A stretch of 56,171 bases of DNA from a virus (IMGVR_UViG_3300027782_000107:1-56171), one strand, 5' to 3'. Counted from the first letter of the stretch, positions 26,245-37,036 are shown. Numbers and translations: made by a program. Notes: generated from the letters alone by a model not told the origin.

Positions 26245-26649
26245 ATGGCAAATCCAAATATTGTAAACGTAGCAACTATTAATGGTTCTACTACATACCA
26301 ATCATTAACAAACACAAACGATAATGCTTTAGTCACCAATGCTTCATCTAGCGGAACTATTGTTAAAGTAAACAACATTTTTGTGTCAAACGTAAATGGT
26401 GTGTCAGCTGCGACTGTATCACTATCATTCCGTTCTGCTGCAAACACTGTTACTTCTGGTACATTAAGCACTGCTAGCAACGGTACTGCATATCGTTTAG
26501 TATATCAAATTTCGGTTCCTGCAAACACAACTTTAATGTTGTTGGATAAAGCTGGTGCAATTTACTTGACAGAAAATACATCAATTTCTATTCAAGCAGG
26601 AACAGCAAGTTACCTAGAAGTGGTTGCTTCATTCGAAACAATTTCTTAA
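26245..26649 (+). CDS. Small beta-rich adaptor-like virion protein
   Basis: GAGG SD; MANPNIVNV...KVNNIFVSNV.G...ISVPA..TL...IYL.E...SFE.IS. Confidence 0.7.
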   Translation: MANPNIVNVATINGSTTYQSLTNTNDNALVTNASSSGTIVKVNNIFVSNVNGVSAATVSLSFRSAANTVTSGTLSTASNGTAYRLVYQISVPANTTLMLLDKAGAIYLTENTSISIQAGTASYLEVVASFETIS

Positions 26650-26679
26650 TTTTAGTTTTTGAATACGAGATAGGACACC

Positions 26680-28284
26680 ATGTCTAAAAGATATCCAGGA
26701 AATTTTATCACTGGTAATCCAGTAGCATTATCACAAACATCAAATAATGGTATTTGGGATTTAAAGGATCAGTACCAAGCAACTGCCAATGGTACTTGGC
26801 AAGAAGCCGATGGTATCTATGAGATTCCTAAATCGCTAAGATTTAGAGGTTCAGCATTAGCGAATTTGACCAGAACTCCAACTGTCGATGGAAACCGCAA
26901 AAAATGGACATGGAGTGGATGGGTAAAACGAGGGCAGTTGGAATCTTCAGCTACTGATCGTATATTGTTTAGTTCTCCTTCTCAATCTGGAAATGACGGC
27001 ATTGCTGCAATATATTTCAATGGTGATCAACTTCATACCTATTACGATACTAGCGGTGCAAATCCTTATGGTGCTATTGGTCCAGCTTATTATCGTGACC
27101 CATCAGCTTGGTACCATATTGTTTGGGCTGTTGATGCAGTAAATACAATTCATAAAGTTTATGTAAATAATGTATTAGTTTCTACTGATACTTCTAAATA
27201 TCCACCTAATTACGATTATTCAATGAATCGTGCTGGATATACTCATACATTTGGGACTCAAGCATGGGGTCCAACTAATTATTTTGACGGCTACATGGCA
27301 GAAGTTAACTTTGTTGATGGACAGTTCTTAGATCCATCATACTTCGGTTATACTGATGCTATTACAGGCATCTGGCAACCAAAGCGTTACACTGGTGCAT
27401 ATGGAACAAATGGCTTTTATCTATCATTTAATGTAGATACAACTTTCTCCACAGACTTCTTAGTAGTTGCTGGTGGTGCTGGTGGTGGATCGAATCGTGG
27501 TGGTGGCGGTGGTGCTGGTGGTTTTAGGACTTCTGCTGGAACAAGTGGTGCCAACTCTGCTGCTGAAACTGCTCTTACTTTATCCACTGGAGTTGCTTAT
27601 ACAGTAACTGTCGGTGCTGGTGGTGGTAGTTATACCAACGGTAGCAATTCTGTATTCTCAACTGTTACTTCTCTTGGTGGTGGACGTGGCGGGGGCGCAT
27701 CAAATGGAGAACCAGCTTCTGGTGGATCTGGTGGCGGTGGTGCAGGTGACGACGGTGCTGGTTTTGCAGGAACTGCTGGACAAGGTTTTGCTGGTGGTAC
27801 TGGTGAAGATAATGGTGGATCTGGACGTAGCGGTGGTGGCGGTGGCGGTGCTGGGCAAGTTGGAGCGACTGCCGTTAATGGAACATTCACTGCTGGTAAT
27901 GGTGGTAATGGTCTTGCATCAACAATTTCTGGTTCTTCAGTAACATACGCTGCAGGTGGCGGTGGTGGACATTTAAATAACGGAACTGCTGGTACTGCTG
28001 GTACTGGTGGATCGGGTGGTCTTGGTGGTAATGGTGCATCTGGCTCTTCAGGTGGCACAGGTGGTTCTGCCTCAGCAAATACTGGTAGTGGCGGTGGTGG
28101 TTCTGCAGCTATTGCTTCTGGCGGTAGCGGTGGTTCTGGTATCGTTGTTATTAAAATCCCATCATCACGAACTGCATTCTTTAGTTCTGGAGTAACATTT
28201 ACTGGCGGTACAGCAAGCGGTGGATTTAGAATTTACACTGTAACTCAAACATCTACAACATCTGAAACGGTAACATTCGCATGA
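26680..28284 (+). CDS. LamG/ConA-like lectin plus glycine-rich domain adhesin (N-terminal part of a split gene)
   Basis: SLRF...WTWSGWVKR...RDPSAWYHIV...DGYMAEVNFVDGQ.L.P..FG...GTNGFYL, then LVVAGG...GGSGIVVI Gly-rich domain. Confidence 0.8.
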   Translation: MSKRYPGNFITGNPVALSQTSNNGIWDLKDQYQATANGTWQEADGIYEIPKSLRFRGSALANLTRTPTVDGNRKKWTWSGWVKRGQLESSATDRILFSSPSQSGNDGIAAIYFNGDQLHTYYDTSGANPYGAIGPAYYRDPSAWYHIVWAVDAVNTIHKVYVNNVLVSTDTSKYPPNYDYSMNRAGYTHTFGTQAWGPTNYFDGYMAEVNFVDGQFLDPSYFGYTDAITGIWQPKRYTGAYGTNGFYLSFNVDTTFSTDFLVVAGGAGGGSNRGGGGGAGGFRTSAGTSGANSAAETALTLSTGVAYTVTVGAGGGSYTNGSNSVFSTVTSLGGGRGGGASNGEPASGGSGGGGAGDDGAGFAGTAGQGFAGGTGEDNGGSGRSGGGGGGAGQVGATAVNGTFTAGNGGNGLASTISGSSVTYAAGGGGGHLNNGTAGTAGTGGSGGLGGNGASGSSGGTGGSASANTGSGGGGSAAIASGGSGGSGIVVIKIPSSRTAFFSSGVTFTGGTASGGFRIYTVTQTSTTSETVTFA

Positions 28285-28634
28285 GCCACTTTGCAAAATT
28301 AAACGAAAATAATATTGTTGTCTTTGTAACTGTCGGTAGACAAGAAGACGATGGTAAAGAAGCAGAATTAACTGCTCGCACAGGAGATGTTTATAAACAA
28401 ACATCTTACAATACATATGGTGGAGTCCACAAATTAGGTGGCACTCCATTTAGAAAAAATTATGCTGGAATTGGATATACTTACGATGAAACTCGTGATG
28501 CGTTTATTCCACCTAAAGAATTTAACTCTTGGGTTTTAAATGAACAAACCTGCTTATGGGAGGCACCAACTGCTATGCCACTAGATGGATTATATGATTG
28601 GGATGAATCTCAACAGAAATGGGTGGAGGCTTAA
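28281..28634 (+). CDS. Small protein accompanying Gly-rich domain genes (putative chaperone/cap)
   Basis: MSHFAKL...YKQTSYN...FRKNYAGIGYTYD..RDAFIPPK...W.L....W..P; ATGA overlap with the previous gene. Confidence 0.75.
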   Translation: MSHFAKLNENNIVVFVTVGRQEDDGKEAELTARTGDVYKQTSYNTYGGVHKLGGTPFRKNYAGIGYTYDETRDAFIPPKEFNSWVLNEQTCLWEAPTAMPLDGLYDWDESQQKWVEA

Positions 28635-30368
28635 ATGGCAATATATTTTGGCTCTGACGCATCAGGTAATGGTAATCACTGGCAAGCAATTAATTTTAGT
28701 ACCACTTCAACAAGCACAACATATGACTTAATGGTTGATTCACCAACCAACGTATTTACATCAGCAACAGATATTGGTGGTGTAGTTCCAGGAAATTATG
28801 CTACATTAAGTAATTTAGTTCCACAAACAAATTCATCTTTAACTGATGGTAATTTACAATGGTTTAACCAAAGTGGTGTGAGTACTAGTTATGCTAAACC
28901 AGCATCTTTTTGGGGTCCAGGAAAATGGTACTTTGAGGTGACAGTAACTAATGGTTCTGCCACTTCAGTCATGGATACTGGTGCTATTGGTGTGATGGTA
29001 TATGATCCAGCAACAACTTATGCAAGTCGTTCTATCGGTTATGGTAGTAATGATTTCGTATGGAGATATGATGGGAACAAAGTAAATAACGGTACTGCAA
29101 CTGCATACGGTACTGCAGTTAACTCTAATACTGACGTGGTTATGTGTGCATATGATACATCGAACAATACAGTTTGGTTCGGTAAAAATGGTACTTGGTT
29201 TGCTTCTAGTAATCCTGCAACAGCAACTAGCCCAGCGTTTACAGATAGTGCAAGATCTCAATTAGAATATTTGTTTAAACCAATCGTGCATTCAACTCAT
29301 GGTGGTGGTGGAACTGCAGTTAATGTAGTTAATTTTGGTCAGCGACCATTTGCTTATACTCCACCTACTGGATTTAAATCATTATGTACAACTAATTTAC
29401 AAGCAGTTGGCACATCTTCTGTTGCAACAGCTGCATTAACACCAAATAAGTGGTTTGACACTAATCTTTATGGTGGTTCCAATGGAGATATTCGTGTACA
29501 AAATGCTGGTTTCCAACCAGATTTTATTTGGATTAAATCCAGACAAATTCAAGGACATGTATTAGTTAATTCTATTGGTGGTGGGGGAGAAATACTTCAA
29601 TCAAATACTGCTAGTACACCTCTAACTGGGATAACAAAACCAATAATTTTTGATTCTAATGGGTTTACCTCAACAACTGATATTCATACAAATGGTTATG
29701 GTTATGCTGCATGGCAGTGGAAACAATCACCAACAGCTGGATTTAATATTGTTTCATATACTGGTGATGGTACAAACAATAGAGCAATTTCTCATAATCT
29801 TGGAGTCACCCCAGAATTTATTATAGTAAAAGATCGTACTATTGCATACAACTGGGATATCTATCATAGAGATTTAGGTATTAGTGCTACACTTATATTT
29901 ACTGATGCTGGCACAAGAAATTATAGTGCGTTTGGTAGCACAGCACCAAATAGCAGCAACTTCTTTACTCAAAATAGTTATACTAATACTAGTGGTAGTA
30001 GAATGATTGCTTATCTCTGGGCATCAGTTCCAGGATTTAGTAAAATGGGATCTTTTACTGGTAACGCATCTACAGATGGTCCATTTGTATATTGTGGATT
30101 TAGACCTCGATTTATTATAACTAAAAACTTAACTAATGGTGCATTCTGGGTTATTCATGATACTGCTCGTGATCCATCAAATGTTTCTGATAGATATGTA
30201 TATCCAAACAATAACCTTGCAGAAGGACAAACTTATTCTAAATTTGATATACTATCGAATGGATTTAAGTGTCGTAATACTAATGATAATGTTAACTATA
30301 CTGGAGTAACGACCATATTTGCTGCATTTGCAGAGTCGCCATTCGGACTAAATAACAGAGCAAGATAA
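28635..30368 (+). CDS. SPRY-like plus C-terminal repeat domain adhesin (C-terminal part of a split gene)
   Basis: GGAGG SD; begins GSDASGNGNHW; GKWYFE; WFGKNGTW; NFGQRPF.YTPPTGFK; ends FAESPF..NRAR. Confidence 0.8.
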   Translation: MAIYFGSDASGNGNHWQAINFSTTSTSTTYDLMVDSPTNVFTSATDIGGVVPGNYATLSNLVPQTNSSLTDGNLQWFNQSGVSTSYAKPASFWGPGKWYFEVTVTNGSATSVMDTGAIGVMVYDPATTYASRSIGYGSNDFVWRYDGNKVNNGTATAYGTAVNSNTDVVMCAYDTSNNTVWFGKNGTWFASSNPATATSPAFTDSARSQLEYLFKPIVHSTHGGGGTAVNVVNFGQRPFAYTPPTGFKSLCTTNLQAVGTSSVATAALTPNKWFDTNLYGGSNGDIRVQNAGFQPDFIWIKSRQIQGHVLVNSIGGGGEILQSNTASTPLTGITKPIIFDSNGFTSTTDIHTNGYGYAAWQWKQSPTAGFNIVSYTGDGTNNRAISHNLGVTPEFIIVKDRTIAYNWDIYHRDLGISATLIFTDAGTRNYSAFGSTAPNSSNFFTQNSYTNTSGSRMIAYLWASVPGFSKMGSFTGNASTDGPFVYCGFRPRFIITKNLTNGAFWVIHDTARDPSNVSDRYVYPNNNLAEGQTYSKFDILSNGFKCRNTNDNVNYTGVTTIFAAFAESPFGLNNRAR

Positions 30369-30380
30369 AAGAGATTAAAA

Positions 30381-30926
30381 ATGACAACTTACTACTTAAA
30401 TGGTTCACCAATTACTGAAAATTCAGATATTACTCTGAATGGAATGACATATCCGTATTCATGGTTAGAAGGAACTTCTCCTTCTGTTCGTGCATCACTG
30501 GGCATTGAAAAAGATGGTGACAATAATTTTGAAACCAAATACTACTGGGGTATTAATAATCCTAGAATTCTTGAGGATCGTGAAGAAGTAGATAAAGATG
30601 GTAATCCAATGTACGTTCAAGTATGGGATGAGACTGTTGGAGTAGATGGAGAGATGGTTGATACCACTAAGCGTTTGATTGCAAAAGGTTTAAAGACTAC
30701 ATGCACTGCAGAAGTCAAAGCCAAGACAAACGATCTACTAAAACCAACTGACTATCTAATTATTCGTAATGAAGTAGAATCCGTAGTGATTCCAACTGAT
30801 GTTGTGGCATATCGTGCTGCGATTGTTACAGAGTCAGACAGAGTGGTAACTGCAATTGCTGCAGTTGAAACTGTTGACGAGTTGATTGAAGTTATGACGT
30901 CAATCACATGGCCAAAAGCTGAATAA
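30381..30926 (+). CDS. Tail fibre assembly-like chaperone
   Basis: LLKPTDY.IIR..E....P.DV..YRAAI...W; paralogous to 36430-36963. Confidence 0.65.
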   Translation: MTTYYLNGSPITENSDITLNGMTYPYSWLEGTSPSVRASLGIEKDGDNNFETKYYWGINNPRILEDREEVDKDGNPMYVQVWDETVGVDGEMVDTTKRLIAKGLKTTCTAEVKAKTNDLLKPTDYLIIRNEVESVVIPTDVVAYRAAIVTESDRVVTAIAAVETVDELIEVMTSITWPKAE

Positions 30927-30963
30927 ATAATAGTATAGAACACAATACAATTAAGGTAAATAA

Positions 30964-33900
30964 ATGACTCGTCGCTATACTGGTGGATTTTTATCCGCAA
31001 CAGAACAAGTAACTGACGCTAACACAGCTAATGGTATTTTCTCAGTTCAAGATGCTGGCGCATTAACTGCAGCTGGATCATTTCCAACTGGTCGTTGGAC
31101 TCCACAGCGTTCAATAAGATTTAGAAGAGCTAATAAAGGTTATTTTAGTAGAACTCCTGGAACTGCTGGTAATCGTAGAACTTGGACTTGGTCTGCTTGG
31201 GTGAAACAAACAAATTTAACAAATGGTGCACAACCATATTTTACTGCTAGTAATGATTATGCTAATGGAACCTATTCAACAACAATATATTATAATGGTT
31301 CATCTTTTAAAACTAGAAGTTATGAGGCTTCCACAGAAGTTTTTGCACTAGAAACAACTGCGCAATATCGTGACCCTTCTGCTTGGTATCATTTAGTTAT
31401 TTCTGTTGACACCACTCATGCAATCGCATCAGAGCGAGTAAAAATGTATGTTAATGGTGTTCAACAAACAGCTTTTGATCAGGCAACCTACCCAAGTACT
31501 ATAAATTACGATACCTATGTAAATAGTACTGCTCCTCACAGAATTGGTAGTTATCCATATGGGGCTGGATTTGACGATCAATACTATATGGATGGTTATA
31601 TGACTGAGTATAATCTAATTGACGGACAAGCCCTAACTCCATATGCATTTGGTTTTACTGATCCAGAAACAGGAACATGGGTTCCAAAGCGTTATACTGG
31701 TTCATATGGTACAAATGGTTTCTATCTAGATTTCCGTGATAATTCTGCATCCACTGCTGCAGCAATTGGCGCAGATCGTTCAGGTAATGGTAACAACTGG
31801 ACACCAAACATTATCTCTCTAACTGCTGGTACAACATACGACTCATCGGTCGATGTTCCAGGAATTGCAGCAGTATCATCACAACCAGATATTGGTGGTG
31901 TGCAGCGTGGTAACTACCCTACATTTAATCCATTATCGAAAGGCTCGTCTATCACCCTTTCTGAAAGTAATAGTTATGCTTACAATAACTCTTCTGCGTC
32001 TTATCAAGTAGTTTGGACAACTCAAGCTATTCCTCCTTCTGGTAAATATTATTGGGAATTTACACTAGCTGGTGCTGGAGACGTGTTCTCTGCTGGTATT
32101 GCTCCAGTTTCAATGAGTAGCGTAGTATCTGGAAATATTGCTAACCAAGTTGGTAAATCTCCATCTGCGTATAGTAACTATTCTGGATCAGCTGGGTTAT
32201 ATTGTGGACCAGGTTATAGCAATGCTCTATCTGCAGCAGCAGATGATGTTCTTAACTTTGCATATGATGCTGATACTGGTAGAATCTGGATTGGTAAAAA
32301 TGGAACATTTTATGCACCAATAGGTGGCACCAATACTTCAACTGCACATGGTTCTACAATTGTTGGATCTGGAATACCATCTGATGTAGTTGATGCGCAA
32401 TGGCGCCAAGAAGGTATGATTCCATACATGATGGCATACAATGGTACAGGTACTGGCACACGTGGTGGACGTTATAATTTCGGTCAGCGTCAATTTGCAT
32501 ATACTCCACCAGCAGGGTTTAAATCTTTTTGCACAACTACAATACCTACCCCAGTCATCAAACGTCCAAGTGATCACTTTGATGTTAAGACATACACTGG
32601 TAATGGAACAAACTTAACAGTTGGTACAACTGCAAAAGAAGTTTCAACATTTTCTACTTCTAGTTTAGAATTTAAACCAGAACAATTTTCTTATGCGCTT
32701 AGAACTCCAGCAGTCACTGGAAGTCAAACAACTGCCACATATTCATTTTGGTTAAAGCGTGCTGTTATTTCAGCAAATCATCCTTTCCACACGACTAAAA
32801 TTGGTTCAGCTGGAACAAATGCAACTGTATTACAATTTAGAGATAATAATAAGTTAGACATTACTTTTGCCAGCACTGGTGATACCAATTATGGGAATCA
32901 AACTAGTAGACTTTTTACTGATACAACATCATGGTATCATGTCGTTGTTGCTGTTGATACAACACAAGTAAGTGATTTAAATAGATTAAAAGTTTATGTT
33001 AATGGAGTGCAAGTATTTTCATGGGATACATCAAGTATTCCTCCGCTAAATGCAACTTTAAGATTAAGTAATAGTTCTTTACCATTTAACATTGGTGCAG
33101 ATCCTCGTGATGGTACTTACTTTAACGGCTCTATTTCAGAAGCATACTTTATTGATGGTCAAGCACTAACAGCATCTAGTTTTGGTCAGTTTGATGCAAA
33201 TAATAACTGGATGCCACAGCGTTATACTGGTACATATGGAACAAATGGTTTCTATCTACCATTCTCTAAGCCAAGTAACGTAGACACTATGTCTTATGCT
33301 GGTTCATTTAACGGAAGTAACCAATATCTACAGGCTACTTTACCAGCAACATTGTCTGGCGCATTCACGATTGAAGCGTATGTTTATAGAAATTCCGCCA
33401 TCAATGGTGCGATCTTCACCATTGGGGATTCAAACACAAGCACTGGTCTTGAGTTGTACATTGGGACAACTGGAACTTTGTATCAAGTCTATTCTTCTGG
33501 CTCCCAGATAAGTTTAAGCAGCCCAACTGGTGCAGTACCAAATGTTGGTGGTTGGTCTCATGTTGCAGTTACTAGAGATTCAAGTAATGTTGTTAGAATG
33601 TTTGTTGATGGTAAACAAGCGGGATCAACATGGACAACAGCTGCAGCGTTTTCAACTGCAGTGAGAATTGGCGTTGAATATTATAATGCAACATTAAATT
33701 CCAACTATTTTAACGGATACATCTCTAACTTCCGAATTGTTAATGGCACAGCATTATACACATCAACTACTTACACACCACCAACTTCTGCATTAACTGC
33801 AGTCGCTAATACTGCATTGTTAACTCTACAAAGCGCAACAGTTGTAGATAATAGCACCAATGCTCTTTCAATCACAAATAATAATACAGTAACGATATCT

Positions 33901-36396
33901 GATGCATCACCATGGCAAAGAACTGTTGGATACGATGCATCTGGTTCTAATAATAACTTTAATACAGTTAACTTCGACTACTCAGTTCCACGATCAACTG
34001 TTCTAACATACGGAACTCCAGGAACATATACATGGGTTGCTCCAACAGGTGTGACATCTGTTAAAGCACTTGTTATTGCTGGCGGTGGTGCAGGTGGTAC
34101 TAACGGAGGTGGCGGTGGTGCTGGTGGTATGATATACAACGCAGCAGTTTCTGTCACTCCAGGATCTTCTTATACAGTTACTGTTGGTAGAGGTGGTTTT
34201 ACCAACAATAAAGGTAACGCAACTAATTCCGTATTCAGTTCACTAACTGCCATTGCTGGTGGTAATGGATGTACATATTCTGTTGTTGCTGCGCAAAGCG
34301 GTGGATCTGGTGGTGGTGGTATGCTTAACTCTAACGCTGGTGGTGCAGGTACGGCAGGACAAGGTTATGCTGGTGGTACTGGTAATAACGGTAACTCTGG
34401 TAATACTTACTATGGCGCAGGTGGTGGTGGCGCAGGTGGTGTTGGATATAATGGCGGTGACTCTCGTGGTGGTCCAGGTTTATTAAATTCAATTACTGGT
34501 GTTCCACTCTACTACGCAGGTGGTGGTGGTGGTAACTACTTTATCACAAATACTGCATATCGTGCAGCTGGTGGTATTGGCGGTGGTGGTTCAGGAGAAA
34601 ATGGAAAGCATGGTCCAGCTGCAGGTGGGCGACCAAATACTGGCGGTGGTGGTGGTGCAACAACTGTAGGACTTGGCGGTGGTCCAGGTGGTAGCGGTGT
34701 TGTCATTCTATCATATACCAATGCGTCATTATATGATGGTGTTGGAGCAAATTCAATAATTGCATCAGATATTTCTAAAGATGCTCCAACAGATTCTGAA
34801 GATTCCACAGGAGTTAGTGGTAATTATCCTATACTTAATTATGCAAATTATAATATTTCAAACTCAAATAGTGGAAACACATATAACATTACCAATGCTG
34901 GTTTGACTTTAGCATCAGATGACTCTGGTGCTCATAAAATTGTACCTGCCACAATGCCAATAAGTTCTGGTAAATGGTACTTTGAAATGATCATAGAACG
35001 TACAGCTAGTGATGCTTATGCATCAATGGGATTAATTCCATGGCCATTACCAAATCATACTTACTTAACAAATTTACCATCATCTGTATCTGGTACAAAT
35101 GGTTTCTCTTGGCAGAGTGGTACTGCAAATAATCTAACTTTGTGGACTAATTATGACAGCACGTATAGATATGTCACAATGAACCCAATCACGGCAAGCG
35201 CAATTGGTGATGTAATGCAAATTGCCATAGATATTGATAATAGTAAAATCTGGGCAGGTAGAAATAATACATGGTATGATGCCTCTGGTGGATCAACAGG
35301 TAATCCATCAACAGGAGCAAATCCAACTGCAACTAATGTAAACAGATATATTGGGGAATATGGTGCATTGATTCCTTTTGTTGCCGTTGGATCAAACAAT
35401 GTGGTTACTGCAAACTTCGGTCAAACTGGGTTTATGTACACACCTCCAACTGGCTTTAAGTCTATTAATAGTAAAAATCTAAAAGATGTTGGTTCGAATA
35501 ATTTGCCAGATTCTTTTGGTAACTTTGTAAATACTCCAGACTTAGTTTGGATGAAGTCAAGAACAAGTGCTTATAGACACCAATTGCTTGATACTGTTCG
35601 TGGTCCAAGAAATTGCTTATTTTCTAGCGATAATACTGCACAACAAACTTATGAATCAGTTCAATCATTTATTCCAAATGGTGTAGTACTTGGAACTGAA
35701 GCTGGTACAAATACTTCTGGTGATAAACATGTTGGTTGGTTCTGGAACAAAGGTAAAACTCCAGGATTTGATATTGTAAACTATGCTGCAAATGGTGCAA
35801 CACAATCCATCTCTCATAATCTTGGTGTTGCCCCTAAGTTTATGATTATTAAAGATACAACAAGTGCTGAAAATTGGCAAGTATACCATGATTCTATTGG
35901 TCCTCAGTACAATATATACCTAAATACAGTTGGTGGAACTGTAGGTCCATCTTCTACATATTGGGGTGGAACATCTCCAACTTCAACTCATTTTACTGTT
36001 GGATCATGGCAAACTGCTGACACTCATATAGCCTATCTCTGGGCAGAAGTTCCAGGATTTAGTAAGTTTGGTTCTTATACAGGTAATAATGCAAATGATG
36101 GTCCATTCGTTTATCTTGGATTTAGACCTAGATTTATTCTTTTAAAGAAGAGTGGAGAGGCATCTACAACTTACGGATGGCAAATTTATGATACTGCTAG
36201 ATCACCAATTAATGTAGCAAACTTACCTGGATTATGGGCTGATACAACTGCAGCAGAAGCACCCAATACATATGCTATTGACTTAGTATCCAATGGATTT
36301 AAACTAAAAACCAATAATCTTAATTTGAATAACACATCAACTTTCATATATGCTGCTTTCGCTGAAACTCCATTCAAGTATGCCAACGCACGATAA
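30964..36396 (+). CDS. 1810 aa multidomain adhesin (three LamG-like, two SPRY-like, one Gly-rich, C-terminal repeats)
   Basis: Repeated RDPSAWYH/WYHVV/WSHVAV, GTNGFYL (x2), GK(W/Y)Y.E (x2), NFGQ..F.YTPP.GFK (x2); ends FAETPFKYANAR. Confidence 0.82.
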   Translation: MTRRYTGGFLSATEQVTDANTANGIFSVQDAGALTAAGSFPTGRWTPQRSIRFRRANKGYFSRTPGTAGNRRTWTWSAWVKQTNLTNGAQPYFTASNDYANGTYSTTIYYNGSSFKTRSYEASTEVFALETTAQYRDPSAWYHLVISVDTTHAIASERVKMYVNGVQQTAFDQATYPSTINYDTYVNSTAPHRIGSYPYGAGFDDQYYMDGYMTEYNLIDGQALTPYAFGFTDPETGTWVPKRYTGSYGTNGFYLDFRDNSASTAAAIGADRSGNGNNWTPNIISLTAGTTYDSSVDVPGIAAVSSQPDIGGVQRGNYPTFNPLSKGSSITLSESNSYAYNNSSASYQVVWTTQAIPPSGKYYWEFTLAGAGDVFSAGIAPVSMSSVVSGNIANQVGKSPSAYSNYSGSAGLYCGPGYSNALSAAADDVLNFAYDADTGRIWIGKNGTFYAPIGGTNTSTAHGSTIVGSGIPSDVVDAQWRQEGMIPYMMAYNGTGTGTRGGRYNFGQRQFAYTPPAGFKSFCTTTIPTPVIKRPSDHFDVKTYTGNGTNLTVGTTAKEVSTFSTSSLEFKPEQFSYALRTPAVTGSQTTATYSFWLKRAVISANHPFHTTKIGSAGTNATVLQFRDNNKLDITFASTGDTNYGNQTSRLFTDTTSWYHVVVAVDTTQVSDLNRLKVYVNGVQVFSWDTSSIPPLNATLRLSNSSLPFNIGADPRDGTYFNGSISEAYFIDGQALTASSFGQFDANNNWMPQRYTGTYGTNGFYLPFSKPSNVDTMSYAGSFNGSNQYLQATLPATLSGAFTIEAYVYRNSAINGAIFTIGDSNTSTGLELYIGTTGTLYQVYSSGSQISLSSPTGAVPNVGGWSHVAVTRDSSNVVRMFVDGKQAGSTWTTAAAFSTAVRIGVEYYNATLNSNYFNGYISNFRIVNGTALYTSTTYTPPTSALTAVANTALLTLQSATVVDNSTNALSITNNNTVTISDASPWQRTVGYDASGSNNNFNTVNFDYSVPRSTVLTYGTPGTYTWVAPTGVTSVKALVIAGGGAGGTNGGGGGAGGMIYNAAVSVTPGSSYTVTVGRGGFTNNKGNATNSVFSSLTAIAGGNGCTYSVVAAQSGGSGGGGMLNSNAGGAGTAGQGYAGGTGNNGNSGNTYYGAGGGGAGGVGYNGGDSRGGPGLLNSITGVPLYYAGGGGGNYFITNTAYRAAGGIGGGGSGENGKHGPAAGGRPNTGGGGGATTVGLGGGPGGSGVVILSYTNASLYDGVGANSIIASDISKDAPTDSEDSTGVSGNYPILNYANYNISNSNSGNTYNITNAGLTLASDDSGAHKIVPATMPISSGKWYFEMIIERTASDAYASMGLIPWPLPNHTYLTNLPSSVSGTNGFSWQSGTANNLTLWTNYDSTYRYVTMNPITASAIGDVMQIAIDIDNSKIWAGRNNTWYDASGGSTGNPSTGANPTATNVNRYIGEYGALIPFVAVGSNNVVTANFGQTGFMYTPPTGFKSINSKNLKDVGSNNLPDSFGNFVNTPDLVWMKSRTSAYRHQLLDTVRGPRNCLFSSDNTAQQTYESVQSFIPNGVVLGTEAGTNTSGDKHVGWFWNKGKTPGFDIVNYAANGATQSISHNLGVAPKFMIIKDTTSAENWQVYHDSIGPQYNIYLNTVGGTVGPSSTYWGGTSPTSTHFTVGSWQTADTHIAYLWAEVPGFSKFGSYTGNNANDGPFVYLGFRPRFILLKKSGEASTTYGWQIYDTARSPINVANLPGLWADTTAAEAPNTYAIDLVSNGFKLKTNNLNLNNTSTFIYAAFAETPFKYANAR

Positions 36397-36429
36397 ATAA
36401 ATAATAGAATTCTTTAAGAGGAAACCCAA

Positions 36430-36963
36430 ATGTTCGCTTTAGTAAAAAATGATAACAGTATTAAACTGTTCGCCCCATATACGCTATGGGAAGACAAAAA
36501 TGGCACTCAATATGCTCCAGACACTCTTTTGTCTTTGACTGCCACGCAGAAACAAGATCTCGGTATCTATGATGTGGCTTATGCTCCACGTCCAGATGAT
36601 CGTTTCTTTTCAGTGACAGAGAATGCACCATCTTTTGATGAAACTCTTAAGGTTGTGAAAATTACCTTTACGTCTACTGCCAAAGAGTTAGAAGATGAAG
36701 GCACAGGAAACAATAAAGTTTCAGGACTAAAATCTCAGTGGATCGCACAGATTAAACAATCTGCCAATAGTCTTCTTTCTCAGACTGATTGGATGTTAGT
36801 TCGTAAGATTGAACGAACTGTTGCTATTCCTGCTGCTACGGTGACATATCGTGCAGCCGTTATTACTGAAGCGAATCGTTTAGAAACAGCTATTAATGCA
36901 GCCACTACAGTTGAATCTTTCCGAACAATAGTCACTACTCAAAACTGGCCAGTAGCGGAATAA
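36430..36963 (+). CDS. Tail fibre assembly-like chaperone
   Basis: GAGG SD; GLKSQWI..IK..A..LL..TDW..VRK.E...IP.....YRAAV...WP. Confidence 0.65.
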   Translation: MFALVKNDNSIKLFAPYTLWEDKNGTQYAPDTLLSLTATQKQDLGIYDVAYAPRPDDRFFSVTENAPSFDETLKVVKITFTSTAKELEDEGTGNNKVSGLKSQWIAQIKQSANSLLSQTDWMLVRKIERTVAIPAATVTYRAAVITEANRLETAINAATTVESFRTIVTTQNWPVAE

Positions 36964-36985
36964 GTCTCTTCTGAGATTTAATCGC

Positions 36986-37014
36986 AACCCCACACTCGTG
37001 GGGTTTTTGTTTTT
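36986..37014 (+). terminator. Rho-independent terminator
   Basis: AACCCCAC-ACTC-GTGGGGTT followed by TTTGTTTTT. Confidence 0.85.
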
Positions 37015-37028
37015 GCAGTCTAGAAAAC

Positions 37029-37036
37029 GATAAATA
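37029..37036 (+). promoter_or_regulatory. Late promoter GATAAATA just after the terminator
   Basis: Intergenic GATAAATA 24 nt before the next start codon. Confidence 0.65.

Noticed and set aside
27614-28195. Proline-rich antisense ORF and alternative-frame ORFs over the Gly-rich region
   Set aside because: They are the reverse complement or shifted frame of GGT runs, not independent genes.
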